This document shows positions 1-9,428 of a stretch of 39,240 nucleotides of DNA, in pieces. This stretch comes from Deltaproteobacteria bacterium (GTDB lineage: Bacteria; JAEEML01). The stretch is taken from contig JAEEML010000077.1 of NCBI GenBank assembly GCA_016283195.1, positions 1 to 39,240 of the forward strand, read 5' to 3'. Under the pieces are notes generated by a model. It saw only the letters and a program-made list of their open reading frames with translations, was not told the origin of the DNA and did not search any database. Numbering within the stretch: the first letter of the stretch is position 1; each line of letters starts with the position of its first letter. The translations under genes were made by a program, and so were the position numbers.

Positions 1-48
1 ACTGGAAATTATTGAAGTTCGCCCCTCTCCCAAGCGGCGAGGGGCTCC
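1..48 (-). repeat. REP-like palindromic intergenic repeat, copy A (truncated by window edge)
   Basis: The reverse complement reads GGAGCCCCTCGCCGCTTGGGAGAGGGGCGAACTTCAATAATTTCCAGT, nearly identical to 29982-30029, with a GC-rich hairpin core. Confidence 0.8.
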
Positions 49-62
49 AATTCTTGGCTTTT

Positions 63-127
63 TCCCCCTCTCCGCTTGGGAGAGGGGGATTATTCAATAA
101 TATCGCCTAATTATAGGGGGTGAGGTC
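63..127 (+). repeat. REP-like palindromic intergenic repeat, copy B
   Basis: TCCCCCTCTCCGCTTGGGAGAGGGGGA hairpin, AT-rich spacer containing TTCAAT, then GGGGTGAGGTC. Same layout as 29982-30047; lies just downstream of murI. Confidence 0.8.
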
Positions 128-167
128 TGAGTGGGCGCAGTAGGCGTTCTGGTAATGGCGTCAGGGC

Positions 168-968
168 CTACAAATCCACCTGAGTCAGGCTGGTAAAGTG
201 CTCACCAAAAAAGTTTTTGGCAATTTGCGAAAAGCGCTCATTGGTATCTGTTGCAAAAAAGGTGAGCTTACCGGCGCTCTCTTTAGCTGAGAGCAGCTCT
301 TTTTCCTGCAAAATATCATGTAAATAGCTGGCCGCTGTGGCCGCGCTGTCAACCAAAATGACATTTTGCCCCACCACCTCCTGCACCGCTGTACGCAAAA
401 GCGGGTAATGGGTGCAACCGAGGACCAAAGTTTCAACTTTGGCGCTGATAAAAGGCGCCAGATAGGTCTCCAAAATGAGGCGGGTTGCCGGGTGGGCAGC
501 AAAATTTTCCTCTGCCAGCGGCACCAAAAGCGGGCAAGCGGCGGAAATTATCTGGGCATCGGGCACCAGGCGGCGGATAGCTGTTTCATAAGCGCGGCTT
601 TTGATGGTGGCATTGGTGCCGATGACGCCAATCACCTTTTTGCCGGTGGCGGCGGCGGCGAGAGCTCCCGGCTCAATCACCCCAATAACCGGAACTAAGG
701 CCATTTCTCTTAAAAAATCGAGGGCGGCGGCGGTGGCGGTATTACAGGCAATCACCAGCGCTTTTATCTGCTTTTTGAGCAAAAAAGAGGCCGCGTGCTC
801 GGCATAGCGGATGATTGTTTCTTTGGACTTACTGCCATAAGGGAGGCGCGCCGTATCACCAAGGTAAATAATATCTTCATTTGGCAAAAGGGCGGAAATA
901 GCCGCCGCCACGGTGAGGCCGCCCACGCCGGAATCAAAAATGCCGATAGCCTGCCCGCTTTCTGTCAT
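168..968 (-). CDS. murI: Glutamate racemase
   Basis: IGIFDSGVGGLTV, PYGSKS, IACNTA and VLGCTHYP motifs. Start moved to ATG 968, which follows a GGAG RBS. Confidence 0.96.
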   Translation of the reverse strand: MTESGQAIGIFDSGVGGLTVAAAISALLPNEDIIYLGDTARLPYGSKSKETIIRYAEHAASFLLKKQIKALVIACNTATAAALDFLREMALVPVIGVIEPGALAAAATGKKVIGVIGTNATIKSRAYETAIRRLVPDAQIISAACPLLVPLAEENFAAHPATRLILETYLAPFISAKVETLVLGCTHYPLLRTAVQEVVGQNVILVDSAATAASYLHDILQEKELLSAKESAGKLTFFATDTNERFSQIAKNFFGEHFTSLTQVDL

Positions 969-969
969 C

Positions 970-2160
970 TTATTTCTCCATATACACTTTGAGCGAGCGG
1001 CTTTCCGGGTCAAAATAGGCAATCACCGGGCGGCCGTTTTTGTCTAAAAGCATATCGAGATACATACCGCTATCGCGGCCTTTATCTATCTCGTACCAAT
1101 GGAGCTCAGCCCCCTTTTTGCTTAAAAGGCGCATGAGACCGTAGCCTTTGCGGCCGGGCAAAAGATACTGATGAGCAATATAAAGAGTGCCGTCATTACC
1201 CATAGCGGCCGAGAGGGAACCGAGGCGCAAATATAAAATCTCATTTTGCCAGGTGCCGCTCTTCCCTTTAGTGCTAAGGTAAAGGCGCTCATGCAAGAGG
1301 CTACCATAAACCAAAAGTACATCTTTACCATTAAAAATTATTTGCGAATTCCAGCCCGGCGCCTCTTTATCGGCTACTACTTCCGGCCGCCAGCTACCGC
1401 CATCAAGGGTGGCATAATAAAAGCCGCTTTTAACGAGTTGCGAATCCACAAAAGAGGCATGGAGCTTATTATCCGGGCCAAAGGCGAGGTCAGAGCGCGC
1501 CGAAAAACCGCCGCCGTAATTGCCAATAACCATAGTTTCCCAGGCCGCTTCATCGTTCAGCTGATAAATTGGCTCAGTAGGCGTGCTCAGCGGGCCGGTA
1601 AGCGTTTTTTTGCGGTGCATATAAATCAGGCGGCCGTCTATGCCGTAGAAGATGACATGGGGCAAATTATCGCTATCTATAGCCATAGCAGCGCCCACGC
1701 CCAGCTCCTTGCCCCAGGAGAGCTTTTCCAAATGCCAGCCGGCGGCATCTTTATAGCCATAATTATAATAGTGGCTGTCCTGGTCGTAAAAAGTAACATG
1801 CACGCCGCCCGCGCCATCTACCGCAAGAGCCAGGTATTTGCCCACTTTGCCCTTAGATATGACAACGCTTTTCACCCAGCTCGCTCCATCGTAAAAGGCG
1901 TAGTCCAAGTCGGCATTTTCGGCATCACAGTAAGCCAGGTGAATATTCCCAGCACTATCTTTGGCAAGGCGCGGCCACCAGCCCACAGCGTGGCGCTCAT
2001 CAGCTGTGGCCGCGCCGGCGTTACTGGGGGCGGCCAGGACAAAAACGCTGCCGGGCGCCTTTTCGGCCGCCGGCAAAGAGGTGACTTCTTCGCAGCCGGA
2101 GCAGGAAGTTAAAGTTAAAAGACAAATTAATGAGCAAAAAGAGAAAACTTGGCGTGACAT
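970..2160 (-). CDS. Putative lipoprotein with repeated beta-propeller-like blades
   Basis: Signal peptide ending LLTLTSC; repeated units LAKDSAGNIHLAY / LAVDGAGGVHVTF / MAIDSDNLPHVIF / MLLDKNGRPVIAY. Start ATG 2160 after GGGAG avoids the overlap with secA. Confidence 0.7.
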   Translation of the reverse strand: MSRQVFSFCSLICLLTLTSCSGCEEVTSLPAAEKAPGSVFVLAAPSNAGAATADERHAVGWWPRLAKDSAGNIHLAYCDAENADLDYAFYDGASWVKSVVISKGKVGKYLALAVDGAGGVHVTFYDQDSHYYNYGYKDAAGWHLEKLSWGKELGVGAAMAIDSDNLPHVIFYGIDGRLIYMHRKKTLTGPLSTPTEPIYQLNDEAAWETMVIGNYGGGFSARSDLAFGPDNKLHASFVDSQLVKSGFYYATLDGGSWRPEVVADKEAPGWNSQIIFNGKDVLLVYGSLLHERLYLSTKGKSGTWQNEILYLRLGSLSAAMGNDGTLYIAHQYLLPGRKGYGLMRLLSKKGAELHWYEIDKGRDSGMYLDMLLDKNGRPVIAYFDPESRSLKVYMEK

Positions 2161-2185
2161 TTTATTAAAAACTCCCGGCACTTCT

Positions 2186-5008
2186 TTACATGCCGGCGGC
2201 TTCGTCCTTTTCCAGGCAGCAGTTTTTGTACTTTTTACCGGAGCCGCAATAGCAAGGATCGTTGCGCCCGATTTTGGGGTGCTGGCGGCGCACGGTAACT
2301 GGCCGCCCCTCATCCTGTGGCGGGCGGCGGCCGCCCTGGGCTGGAGCGGCAGCTCTCGGGGCATCAGCTGTTTGCGGCCTGGCCGGCCCCATGCGCAGCA
2401 TCCGGCGCTGGCGCTCGCGCGCCTCTTCTTCTTTACGGGCCATCTCTTCTTCGCTTTCCACTGTGAAGCGGATATGGAAGAATTTATTTAAAACATCGGT
2501 GGTTAGCCCCTCTATCATGCCGGTAAAGAGGTTGCGCCCTTCTTTAATATATTCCTGCTTGGGATCTTTTTGGGCATAGCCGCGCAGGCCGATACCGTCC
2601 TTTAATTGCTCCATATTGCCAAGGTGCTCTTTCCAGAAGGAATCAATGGCACTCAGGTATATCATGCGCTCCACATGGTGGAGAGCCTGCGCCGGCACCT
2701 CGCTCTCGCGCTTATTGTAATATTCTTCAACTTTATTAAAGATATATAGCTCAAGATCATCGCGCTTTTCGATATTATTCAGTTCTTCATCAGAGAGAGT
2801 AACATCAAAAAGATCTTTCACCATGCCTTTAAGCCCGGCAATATCCCATTCCTCGGAATGGCCGCCGTGGTTACCGGCTGCTCCGGCCACAATATTGATA
2901 ACAGCCTCTTCAATGAGGTCCAAAACCAATTCTTTGGTAGCTGCATCATCGGCGCGCAATACTTTGAGGCGCAGGCCGTAAATGGCGTGGCGCTGCTGAT
3001 TCATAACATCATCATAATCGAGCAAATGTTTACGCATATCAAAGTTGTAACCTTCGACATTGCGCTGAGCTCTTTCCACACTCTTGGAAACCATGCGATG
3101 CTCAATAATTTCGCCCTCTTTGAGGCCAAAGGTTTCCATGATGGTTTTCATCTTTTCGCCGCCAAAGACGCGCATCAGATTATCTTCCAAGGAGAGATAG
3201 AAGCGGCTGCACCCCGGGTCGCCCTGACGGCCGGCACGCCCGCGTAGCTGATTATCGATACGCCGGCTCTCGTGGCGCTCGGTGCCCAGGATATAGAGGC
3301 CACCGGCCGCCATCACCTCTTCGCGCTCTTTGGCACATTGCTCTTTGTATTTGGCCAAAGCTTTGGCGTAACCTTCCGGATCTTCATCGGGATTAACTTC
3401 GGCTCTGGCCATAAATTCCGGATTACCACCCAAAACAATATCGGTACCACGGCCAGCCATATTAGTGGAAATAGTCACGGCGCCCTTGCGCCCGGCCTGA
3501 GCTACAATAGCCGCTTCCTGCTTATGGTATTTGGCATTGAGCACGGTGTGCGGAATGCCCTGACGCGCCAGCATTCTGGCCAAAACTTCGCTCTTTTCCA
3601 CGCTGATGGTGCCCACCAAAACCGGCTGCCCCTTTTTATGAGCGGCAATAATCTCCTCAATGATGAGTTTGAATTTTTCGCGCTCGGTACCTAAAATAAT
3701 ATCATCGTAATCAATACGCTTTTGTGGGCGATTAGTAGGAATTTCAATAACTTCAAGGTCATAAATCTTGGCAAATTCTTCAGCTTCCGTCATAGCGGTA
3801 CCGGTCATGCCGCCCAGTTTAAGGTACATACGGAAGTAATTTTGATAAGTAACTGTAGCGAGAGTTTGATTTTCGTTTTGGATTTTTACCTCTTCTTTGG
3901 CTTCCACCGCCTGATGGAGGCCATCGCTCCAGCGCCGCCCGTCGAGCACGCGGCCGGTGTGTTCGTCAATAATCTTTACTTCGCCGTTTTCCACCAAATA
4001 ATCAACATCGCGCTTAAAGAGGGTGTGAGCCTTGAGCGCTTGATTCACATGGTGCAAAATCATAATATTATTAGGATCATAGAGGTTATTTACCCCTAAC
4101 CGTTTTTCCAAAGTAGCCACGCCGTTTTCGGTGAGAGAAACTGTTCTCGCCTTTTCGTCGATGGTGTAATCGAGCTCTTTTTTAAGGCCGGGCACTACAC
4201 CGTTTATGCGCACATAAAGATCGGTGCTCTCCTCGGCCGGGCCGCTGATAATAAGCGGAGTACGCGCTTCATCAATAAGGATGGAATCCACCTCATCGAC
4301 AATGGCAAAATGGTGGCCGCGCTGCACATAGTCGCTATAGCGGAACTTCATGTTATCTCTAAGATAATCAAAGCCAAATTCGCTATTGGTGCCATAAGTG
4401 ATATCGGCGCCGTAAGCGGCTTGGCGCTGCGAATCGGAGAGGCCGTTAATAATAATGCCCACATCCAGGCCCAAAAAGCGGTAAATCTGCCCCATCCATT
4501 CGGCATCGCGCTGGGCCAGATATTCATTGACGGTAACAAGGTGCACGCCGCGCCCAGCCAAAGCGTTAAGGTAAAGCGGCAAAGTAGCCACCAGAGTTTT
4601 ACCTTCACCGGTCTTCATCTCGGCAATGCGCCCTTCATGGAGACAAAGTCCGCCTATGAGCTGCACATCAAAATGGCGCATTTCCAAAACGCGGCGCCCG
4701 GCCTCGCGAGTGACGGCAAAAGCTTCAGGCAAAATAACATTAAGGGCTTTGTTTAAGATAAGAAGCTCTTTTTTGCGCTGATCTTTATCTCTAATTTCCG
4801 GCGTCACCTTCAGGCTGGGGTCACCGCCCAAGGCTTTGTAGGCGTTATCGAATTTTTCGCGCAGTTCTATGGTTTTATGTTGCAAATCCGCATCGGTAAG
4901 GGCCTTCATTTTGGGCTCAAGCTCGTTAATCTGGGCCACAATCGGGCGGTAGCGCTTAAGTTCGCGGTCGTTTTTAGTCGGTATAATTTTTCTTAGGAAA
5001 TTTCCCAT
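2186..5008 (-). CDS. secA: Preprotein translocase ATPase SecA
   Basis: [47 protein letters not shown] and the C-terminal SEC-C motif [17 protein letters not shown]. Start ATG 5008 after AAAGGA. Confidence 0.98.
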   Translation of the reverse strand: MGNFLRKIIPTKNDRELKRYRPIVAQINELEPKMKALTDADLQHKTIELREKFDNAYKALGGDPSLKVTPEIRDKDQRKKELLILNKALNVILPEAFAVTREAGRRVLEMRHFDVQLIGGLCLHEGRIAEMKTGEGKTLVATLPLYLNALAGRGVHLVTVNEYLAQRDAEWMGQIYRFLGLDVGIIINGLSDSQRQAAYGADITYGTNSEFGFDYLRDNMKFRYSDYVQRGHHFAIVDEVDSILIDEARTPLIISGPAEESTDLYVRINGVVPGLKKELDYTIDEKARTVSLTENGVATLEKRLGVNNLYDPNNIMILHHVNQALKAHTLFKRDVDYLVENGEVKIIDEHTGRVLDGRRWSDGLHQAVEAKEEVKIQNENQTLATVTYQNYFRMYLKLGGMTGTAMTEAEEFAKIYDLEVIEIPTNRPQKRIDYDDIILGTEREKFKLIIEEIIAAHKKGQPVLVGTISVEKSEVLARMLARQGIPHTVLNAKYHKQEAAIVAQAGRKGAVTISTNMAGRGTDIVLGGNPEFMARAEVNPDEDPEGYAKALAKYKEQCAKEREEVMAAGGLYILGTERHESRRIDNQLRGRAGRQGDPGCSRFYLSLEDNLMRVFGGEKMKTIMETFGLKEGEIIEHRMVSKSVERAQRNVEGYNFDMRKHLLDYDDVMNQQRHAIYGLRLKVLRADDAATKELVLDLIEEAVINIVAGAAGNHGGHSEEWDIAGLKGMVKDLFDVTLSDEELNNIEKRDDLELYIFNKVEEYYNKRESEVPAQALHHVERMIYLSAIDSFWKEHLGNMEQLKDGIGLRGYAQKDPKQEYIKEGRNLFTGMIEGLTTDVLNKFFHIRFTVESEEEMARKEEEARERQRRMLRMGPARPQTADAPRAAAPAQGGRRPPQDEGRPVTVRRQHPKIGRNDPCYCGSGKKYKNCCLEKDEAAGM

Positions 5009-5230
5009 TAGTATTCCTTTCACCATGTCAGAAACAACAGGCGCGCTTAAACTAGTCACTTCTTAAGAAGGTTGCAAGGGGGGTTAACCATTTTGTGCGC
5101 TATTTGTACTCTTTAAATGAAAATTTCACATCTTATTCTTAGCCGATTGCCAAATCTGCGCGCTTATACTATTAGATCTTGCGGCCGGAAAACCCGGCCA
5201 GCGTACGCTCAATGTATAAGGAGTAACAAC

Positions 5231-6448
5231 ATGAGCAAATTAAATGGTCGCGCGGTAATCGCTCAAGGTGGCGGCCCCACCGCAGTTATCAACCAAAGTT
5301 TAGTCGGCGCCGTTTTAGAGGCCCGCAAATATGAATGCATCGAAAATATCTATGGCGCCTTGCACGGCGTGAGCGGCATTGTAGCCGAAGACTTTGTCGA
5401 TTTAAGCCAAGCTACCACCCGCAATTTGGAAGTAGTGGCCCAGACTCCCTCTTCTGCCCTGCTCTCCACCCGCGACAAACCGGATGCCGAATATTGCCAG
5501 CGCATTTTTAAGGTGTTGCAAGCCCACAATGTGCGCTATTTCTTCTACTGCGGCGGCAATGATTCCGCCGATACCTGCCGCATTGTCAACGAAAATGCCA
5601 ATGCCGCCGGTTATGAACTGCGCGTTATCCACATACCCAAAACCATCGACAACGACCTGCGCACCACCGACCACTGCCCCGGCTTTGGTTCCGCCGCCCG
5701 CTTTGTGGCAAATGCTTTTGCCGGTGCCAATTTAGACAATCGCAGCTTGCCCGGCGTCTATATCGGCGTAGTTATGGGGCGCAATGCCGGCTTTTTAACT
5801 GCCGCTTCCATTTTAGGCAAGCGCTTCTCCGACGATGGCCCGCATCTGATTTATCTGCCGGAAAAGCCCTTCTCCGAAGAGAAATTCATCGCCGATGTCG
5901 ATAGAGTTTACAAAGAACACGGCCGCTGCGTCATCGCCGTTTCCGAAGGCATTGTTGATAAAGACGGCACCCCCATCATCTCCAGCCTGATGAAAAACGG
6001 CGAAACCGATGCTCACGGCAACGTACAACTCTCCGGCACCGGCGCTCTTGGCGATTGCCTCAGCACTCTCATCAAAGACAAGCTGAAAATTAAACGGGTG
6101 AGAAGCGATACTTTCGGCTATTTACAAAGAAGTTTCTTAGGCTGCGTATCTCCGGTTGATGCGCTGGAAGCCCGCGAAGTAGGCGAAAAGGCTGTGCAAT
6201 TTGCCGTGTGGCAAAATGTTGATGGCAGCGTGGCAATGCGCCGCACCGGCGATTACTCGGTAGAATATTTCCTCACCGATTTAACCAACGTGGCCCGCTA
6301 CACCAAGTCGATGCCCGATGAGTTTATCGATGTGGAAAATTCCACTGTCACCGATGCCTTTATCCGCTATGCCCGCCCGCTCATTGGCGAGCTGCCGGAA
6401 TTCGGCCATATTTCCGCTCCGGTCGTGGCCAAAATTCTAAACAAATAA
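5231..6448 (+). CDS. pfp: Phosphofructokinase, probably pyrophosphate-dependent
   Basis: QGGGPTAVIN, GGNDS (Asp at the PPi-specifying position), PKTIDNDL, VMGRNAG. Start ATG 5231 after AAGGAG. Confidence 0.85.
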   Translation: MSKLNGRAVIAQGGGPTAVINQSLVGAVLEARKYECIENIYGALHGVSGIVAEDFVDLSQATTRNLEVVAQTPSSALLSTRDKPDAEYCQRIFKVLQAHNVRYFFYCGGNDSADTCRIVNENANAAGYELRVIHIPKTIDNDLRTTDHCPGFGSAARFVANAFAGANLDNRSLPGVYIGVVMGRNAGFLTAASILGKRFSDDGPHLIYLPEKPFSEEKFIADVDRVYKEHGRCVIAVSEGIVDKDGTPIISSLMKNGETDAHGNVQLSGTGALGDCLSTLIKDKLKIKRVRSDTFGYLQRSFLGCVSPVDALEAREVGEKAVQFAVWQNVDGSVAMRRTGDYSVEYFLTDLTNVARYTKSMPDEFIDVENSTVTDAFIRYARPLIGELPEFGHISAPVVAKILNK

Positions 6449-6465
6449 TACCGGGCCCCAAGTAT

Positions 6466-8067
6466 ATGCCCGCTCGTGGTCTTAAGCTTTATCTCTTTAT
6501 CCTCTTAATCATGGCGCTTAGCCTGCCGGCCGAGCTACTGGCCGCCCAGGAAGCGCCAAAAGAGGATAAAGAGAGCGCTGAGGCCACAGACGATGCCACT
6601 TATATCTCCGTTTACGATTGGTATTCCAAGCCTTTTACCCCACTCGCCGACAAACCGATGGCCTTTGATCTCAAAGGTGCCCTGGGTATAAAGGCGCGCT
6701 TTCATCATAATCTGGTGCCGGGGCTCCCGGAGGGAGTAAACAAAAATGCCTCCGATTATCTTGGCTTTTTGCGCCTCATGCCCTCATTCCACATGGCCGG
6801 CCCTTTTGTTATAAAAAGCCGCTTTGATATTATCGGCACCATTAGTTACGGCGCCAGACCTAACGACCACACTTTAGGTTGGTATAATCACGATAATTCA
6901 AAAATTTTAGTGCAAAGCCTTTGGATGGAGCTCGGCATTTTTCAGCAAAGAGCCGTCATTTCCATAGGGCGCATTCCCCGCCATTTGGGGCTCGGAATTT
7001 GGCAAAATAGCGGTTCAGGCCCCGAAGCCAGCCACGGCGCCGGTTTGGATCAAATTCAGCTAATCTTTAAACTGGGCTCTATTTTGCTCATACCGAGCCT
7101 CGATTTTATCTCCAGCGGACCGGAGCGCCGCTACTTTGCCAGCCGCCCTATTGATGCCGACAATCTCGATGATGCCATCGGTATCAACTTTCTCATCGCC
7201 ATCCTCGACAGCCATGAAGATTTGGCCGAATTATTACAACGCGGCGCCTCTATATGGAATTTTTCTCTGGATGTCTTTTACCGCCAGCAGGCGCGTCTTT
7301 GGCATATTGCCGCCACTGGCGATGAAGAATTATCCCGCACCGATGGCCGCATGGTGGGCAGCGATTTTTGGCTGAGTTTCTACAGGCGCTTTTTTCGCCT
7401 GGAATTTGAAGGCTTGTTTTATTGGCACCGCTTTAAAACTCTGGAGCGCCAGGAGGTCACCGGCGTTCCCTTTGGCTTGGCCATGGAAATAGCCTGGTGG
7501 CCGGAAAAAGCACGCCGCCATTTGGGCCTTTCATTTAAGAGCGGTATAGCCAGCGGCGATCGCACCATGGGCTTTGCCAAGAGCGATAATTATCTCTCCC
7601 AAATGACAAGCGATAAACGCATAGATAGTTTTGTCTTTCATCCCGATTACCATATTGATGAAATTCTCTTTAAGCGCGTCATTGGCTCAGTTAGCGGGGC
7701 CTTTTATTTAAGGCCGCAGATTTCCTGGCTCTTTCCCAAAAATCTTTTGGCAGAATTGGCTTTTATCTATAGCGGAGCCATCTATAAAGAATCCGCTCCA
7801 GGCGGCGCTTCGCCTCTGGGTGCCGAATTCAACCTGCGCCTCTCCTGGCACAGCCGCGGAATGCAAGGCATAAGCGGCCTGGCCGAGCATGAGCTTCTGC
7901 GGCACCGCGAGCGAGCCGCAAAACGCCTAAAAGCCAGCAAAAACTCTCTTTGGGGCGGGCTCGAAATTTCTTTAATTTATGCTGCCTTAGTGCCGCTTTC
8001 CGGCCTCGAAGGTTATTTAGATGGCAGCGCTCACCTTTTGGAAATGCGCTTTTTAATGGCTTTTTAA
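6466..8067 (+). CDS. Putative outer-membrane beta-barrel protein, TIGR04551-like
   Basis: Signal peptide, alternating beta-strand patterns and C-terminal Phe. FHPDYHIDEILFKRVIGSVSGAFYLRP resembles the myxobacterial TIGR04551 family from memory; needs an HMM check. Confidence 0.6.
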   Translation: MPARGLKLYLFILLIMALSLPAELLAAQEAPKEDKESAEATDDATYISVYDWYSKPFTPLADKPMAFDLKGALGIKARFHHNLVPGLPEGVNKNASDYLGFLRLMPSFHMAGPFVIKSRFDIIGTISYGARPNDHTLGWYNHDNSKILVQSLWMELGIFQQRAVISIGRIPRHLGLGIWQNSGSGPEASHGAGLDQIQLIFKLGSILLIPSLDFISSGPERRYFASRPIDADNLDDAIGINFLIAILDSHEDLAELLQRGASIWNFSLDVFYRQQARLWHIAATGDEELSRTDGRMVGSDFWLSFYRRFFRLEFEGLFYWHRFKTLERQEVTGVPFGLAMEIAWWPEKARRHLGLSFKSGIASGDRTMGFAKSDNYLSQMTSDKRIDSFVFHPDYHIDEILFKRVIGSVSGAFYLRPQISWLFPKNLLAELAFIYSGAIYKESAPGGASPLGAEFNLRLSWHSRGMQGISGLAEHELLRHRERAAKRLKASKNSLWGGLEISLIYAALVPLSGLEGYLDGSAHLLEMRFLMAF

Positions 8068-8085
8068 AAAATATTGGGAAGCGCC

Positions 8086-9420
8086 TTATTTTCCGGCTAC
8101 TTTCATAGTCTTAAAGCGCAACGATGGGCACTTAATAGATGAGCATTTAAAGGGGTCATTACCCACTTCTTCCAAATCCAGGAGCATTTGCCCCAAATTA
8201 CAAGCCAGATTCATATTGGCAATGGGCTGTACCAGGCGGCCATTCTCATACAAAAAGCCGGTAATACCTTTAGAAAAGTCACCGGTGAGCGGATTAGAAT
8301 TACCGCCGTTAAAATCGGTGATATAAATGGCTTTTTCGGCTTTTTCGGCCATCTCTTTGCCGGAGCGGCTGCCCAGGTCAAAGATCCAGTTGGTGGGGCT
8401 ACCTGTTGTGGGTTCACAGCCCATTTTATTGGCCCAGTAAGTATTAAAATAGTAATTTTTCAAAACTCCCTTTTCAATAACCGGCATGGGGCGATTTATC
8501 ATGCCCTCCGCATCAAAAGGCTCGGAACCGGTACCCCGCTTGATAAAGGGGTCATCGCGGATAGTCAAAAAGTCCGGAGCAATTTTTTTCCCGATTTTAT
8601 CCTGCAAAAAGCTCAATTTGCGATAAATCTGGCCCCCGGCTAAAGGCCGCATAAGCATTTCGGACAAAAGCATGTGAGTATCACGGGCGTCCACAATAAT
8701 GGGATAATCGCCGGTGGCAATGGGCGCTGCCCCCACCATATCGAGCCCTCTTTGCGCCGCCGAGGCCCCAAGTTCGGTAAAATCGCGGATATCACTAAAG
8801 TGGGTCACAAAGTCATAATCAGCCCCCAGCTGTTTTTTACCGTTTTTGTCTTTAATATTTACCTTGGCTATCACCATCGCCACCGTATTTTCTTTAAAGC
8901 CGCAAAAGCCTTTGCTGTTAACGAGCTCCGTAGCATAATGGCCATCTTCAAAACTGGCCTCCACGGTTATAGCCTCGGGTGCCACTTTCCGGGCCCCGGC
9001 TTCAATTTGGCGGCAAATTTCCAGCGCTGCGTTCTTTTTGGAATTAACCAGCTCCCGGTCGATGAGATCCAAATCTATATCCGGCAAGGGGGAGAGGCGG
9101 TTATCCGGCGGCAAAGTGGCCGCCGGATCGGCATCGGTAAGCACCAGCATCTCTCGAGCTTTTATCAAAAAATTCTTCAGCTTATCCGGCCTAAAATCGC
9201 GGGTGACAAACGTGCCGTTGCGCCCATCTTTAAAAAGATTTAAATCGGCCGATTTGGAATTGGTCTCCTTTAAAAATTTGATAGCCCCGTCCTGGGTCTC
9301 CATCACAAATTTGCGCCCATGTTCCAAAGAAACGGTGGCCGCATCAAAACCAACCTCTTTAATGGTTTTTAAAATAAAAGCCGCTTCGTTATGCATGCTC
9401 TCTTTTACTATAATGGCCAT
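8086..9420 (-). CDS. pmbA: TldE/PmbA family metallopeptidase partner subunit
   Basis: PFDAEG, IEKGVLKNY, NSNPLTGDFS, GFLYENG; no HExxxH motif; directly downstream of tldD. Confidence 0.85.
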   Translation of the reverse strand: MAIIVKESMHNEAAFILKTIKEVGFDAATVSLEHGRKFVMETQDGAIKFLKETNSKSADLNLFKDGRNGTFVTRDFRPDKLKNFLIKAREMLVLTDADPAATLPPDNRLSPLPDIDLDLIDRELVNSKKNAALEICRQIEAGARKVAPEAITVEASFEDGHYATELVNSKGFCGFKENTVAMVIAKVNIKDKNGKKQLGADYDFVTHFSDIRDFTELGASAAQRGLDMVGAAPIATGDYPIIVDARDTHMLLSEMLMRPLAGGQIYRKLSFLQDKIGKKIAPDFLTIRDDPFIKRGTGSEPFDAEGMINRPMPVIEKGVLKNYYFNTYWANKMGCEPTTGSPTNWIFDLGSRSGKEMAEKAEKAIYITDFNGGNSNPLTGDFSKGITGFLYENGRLVQPIANMNLACNLGQMLLDLEEVGNDPFKCSSIKCPSLRFKTMKVAGK

Positions 9421-9428
9421 CACTCACC

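Noticed and set aside
1246-2112. 288 aa plus-strand ORF
   Set aside because: Antisense shadow of the propeller lipoprotein with no recognisable motifs. The same applies to the many antisense ORFs over secA, tldDE, mutS and nifS.
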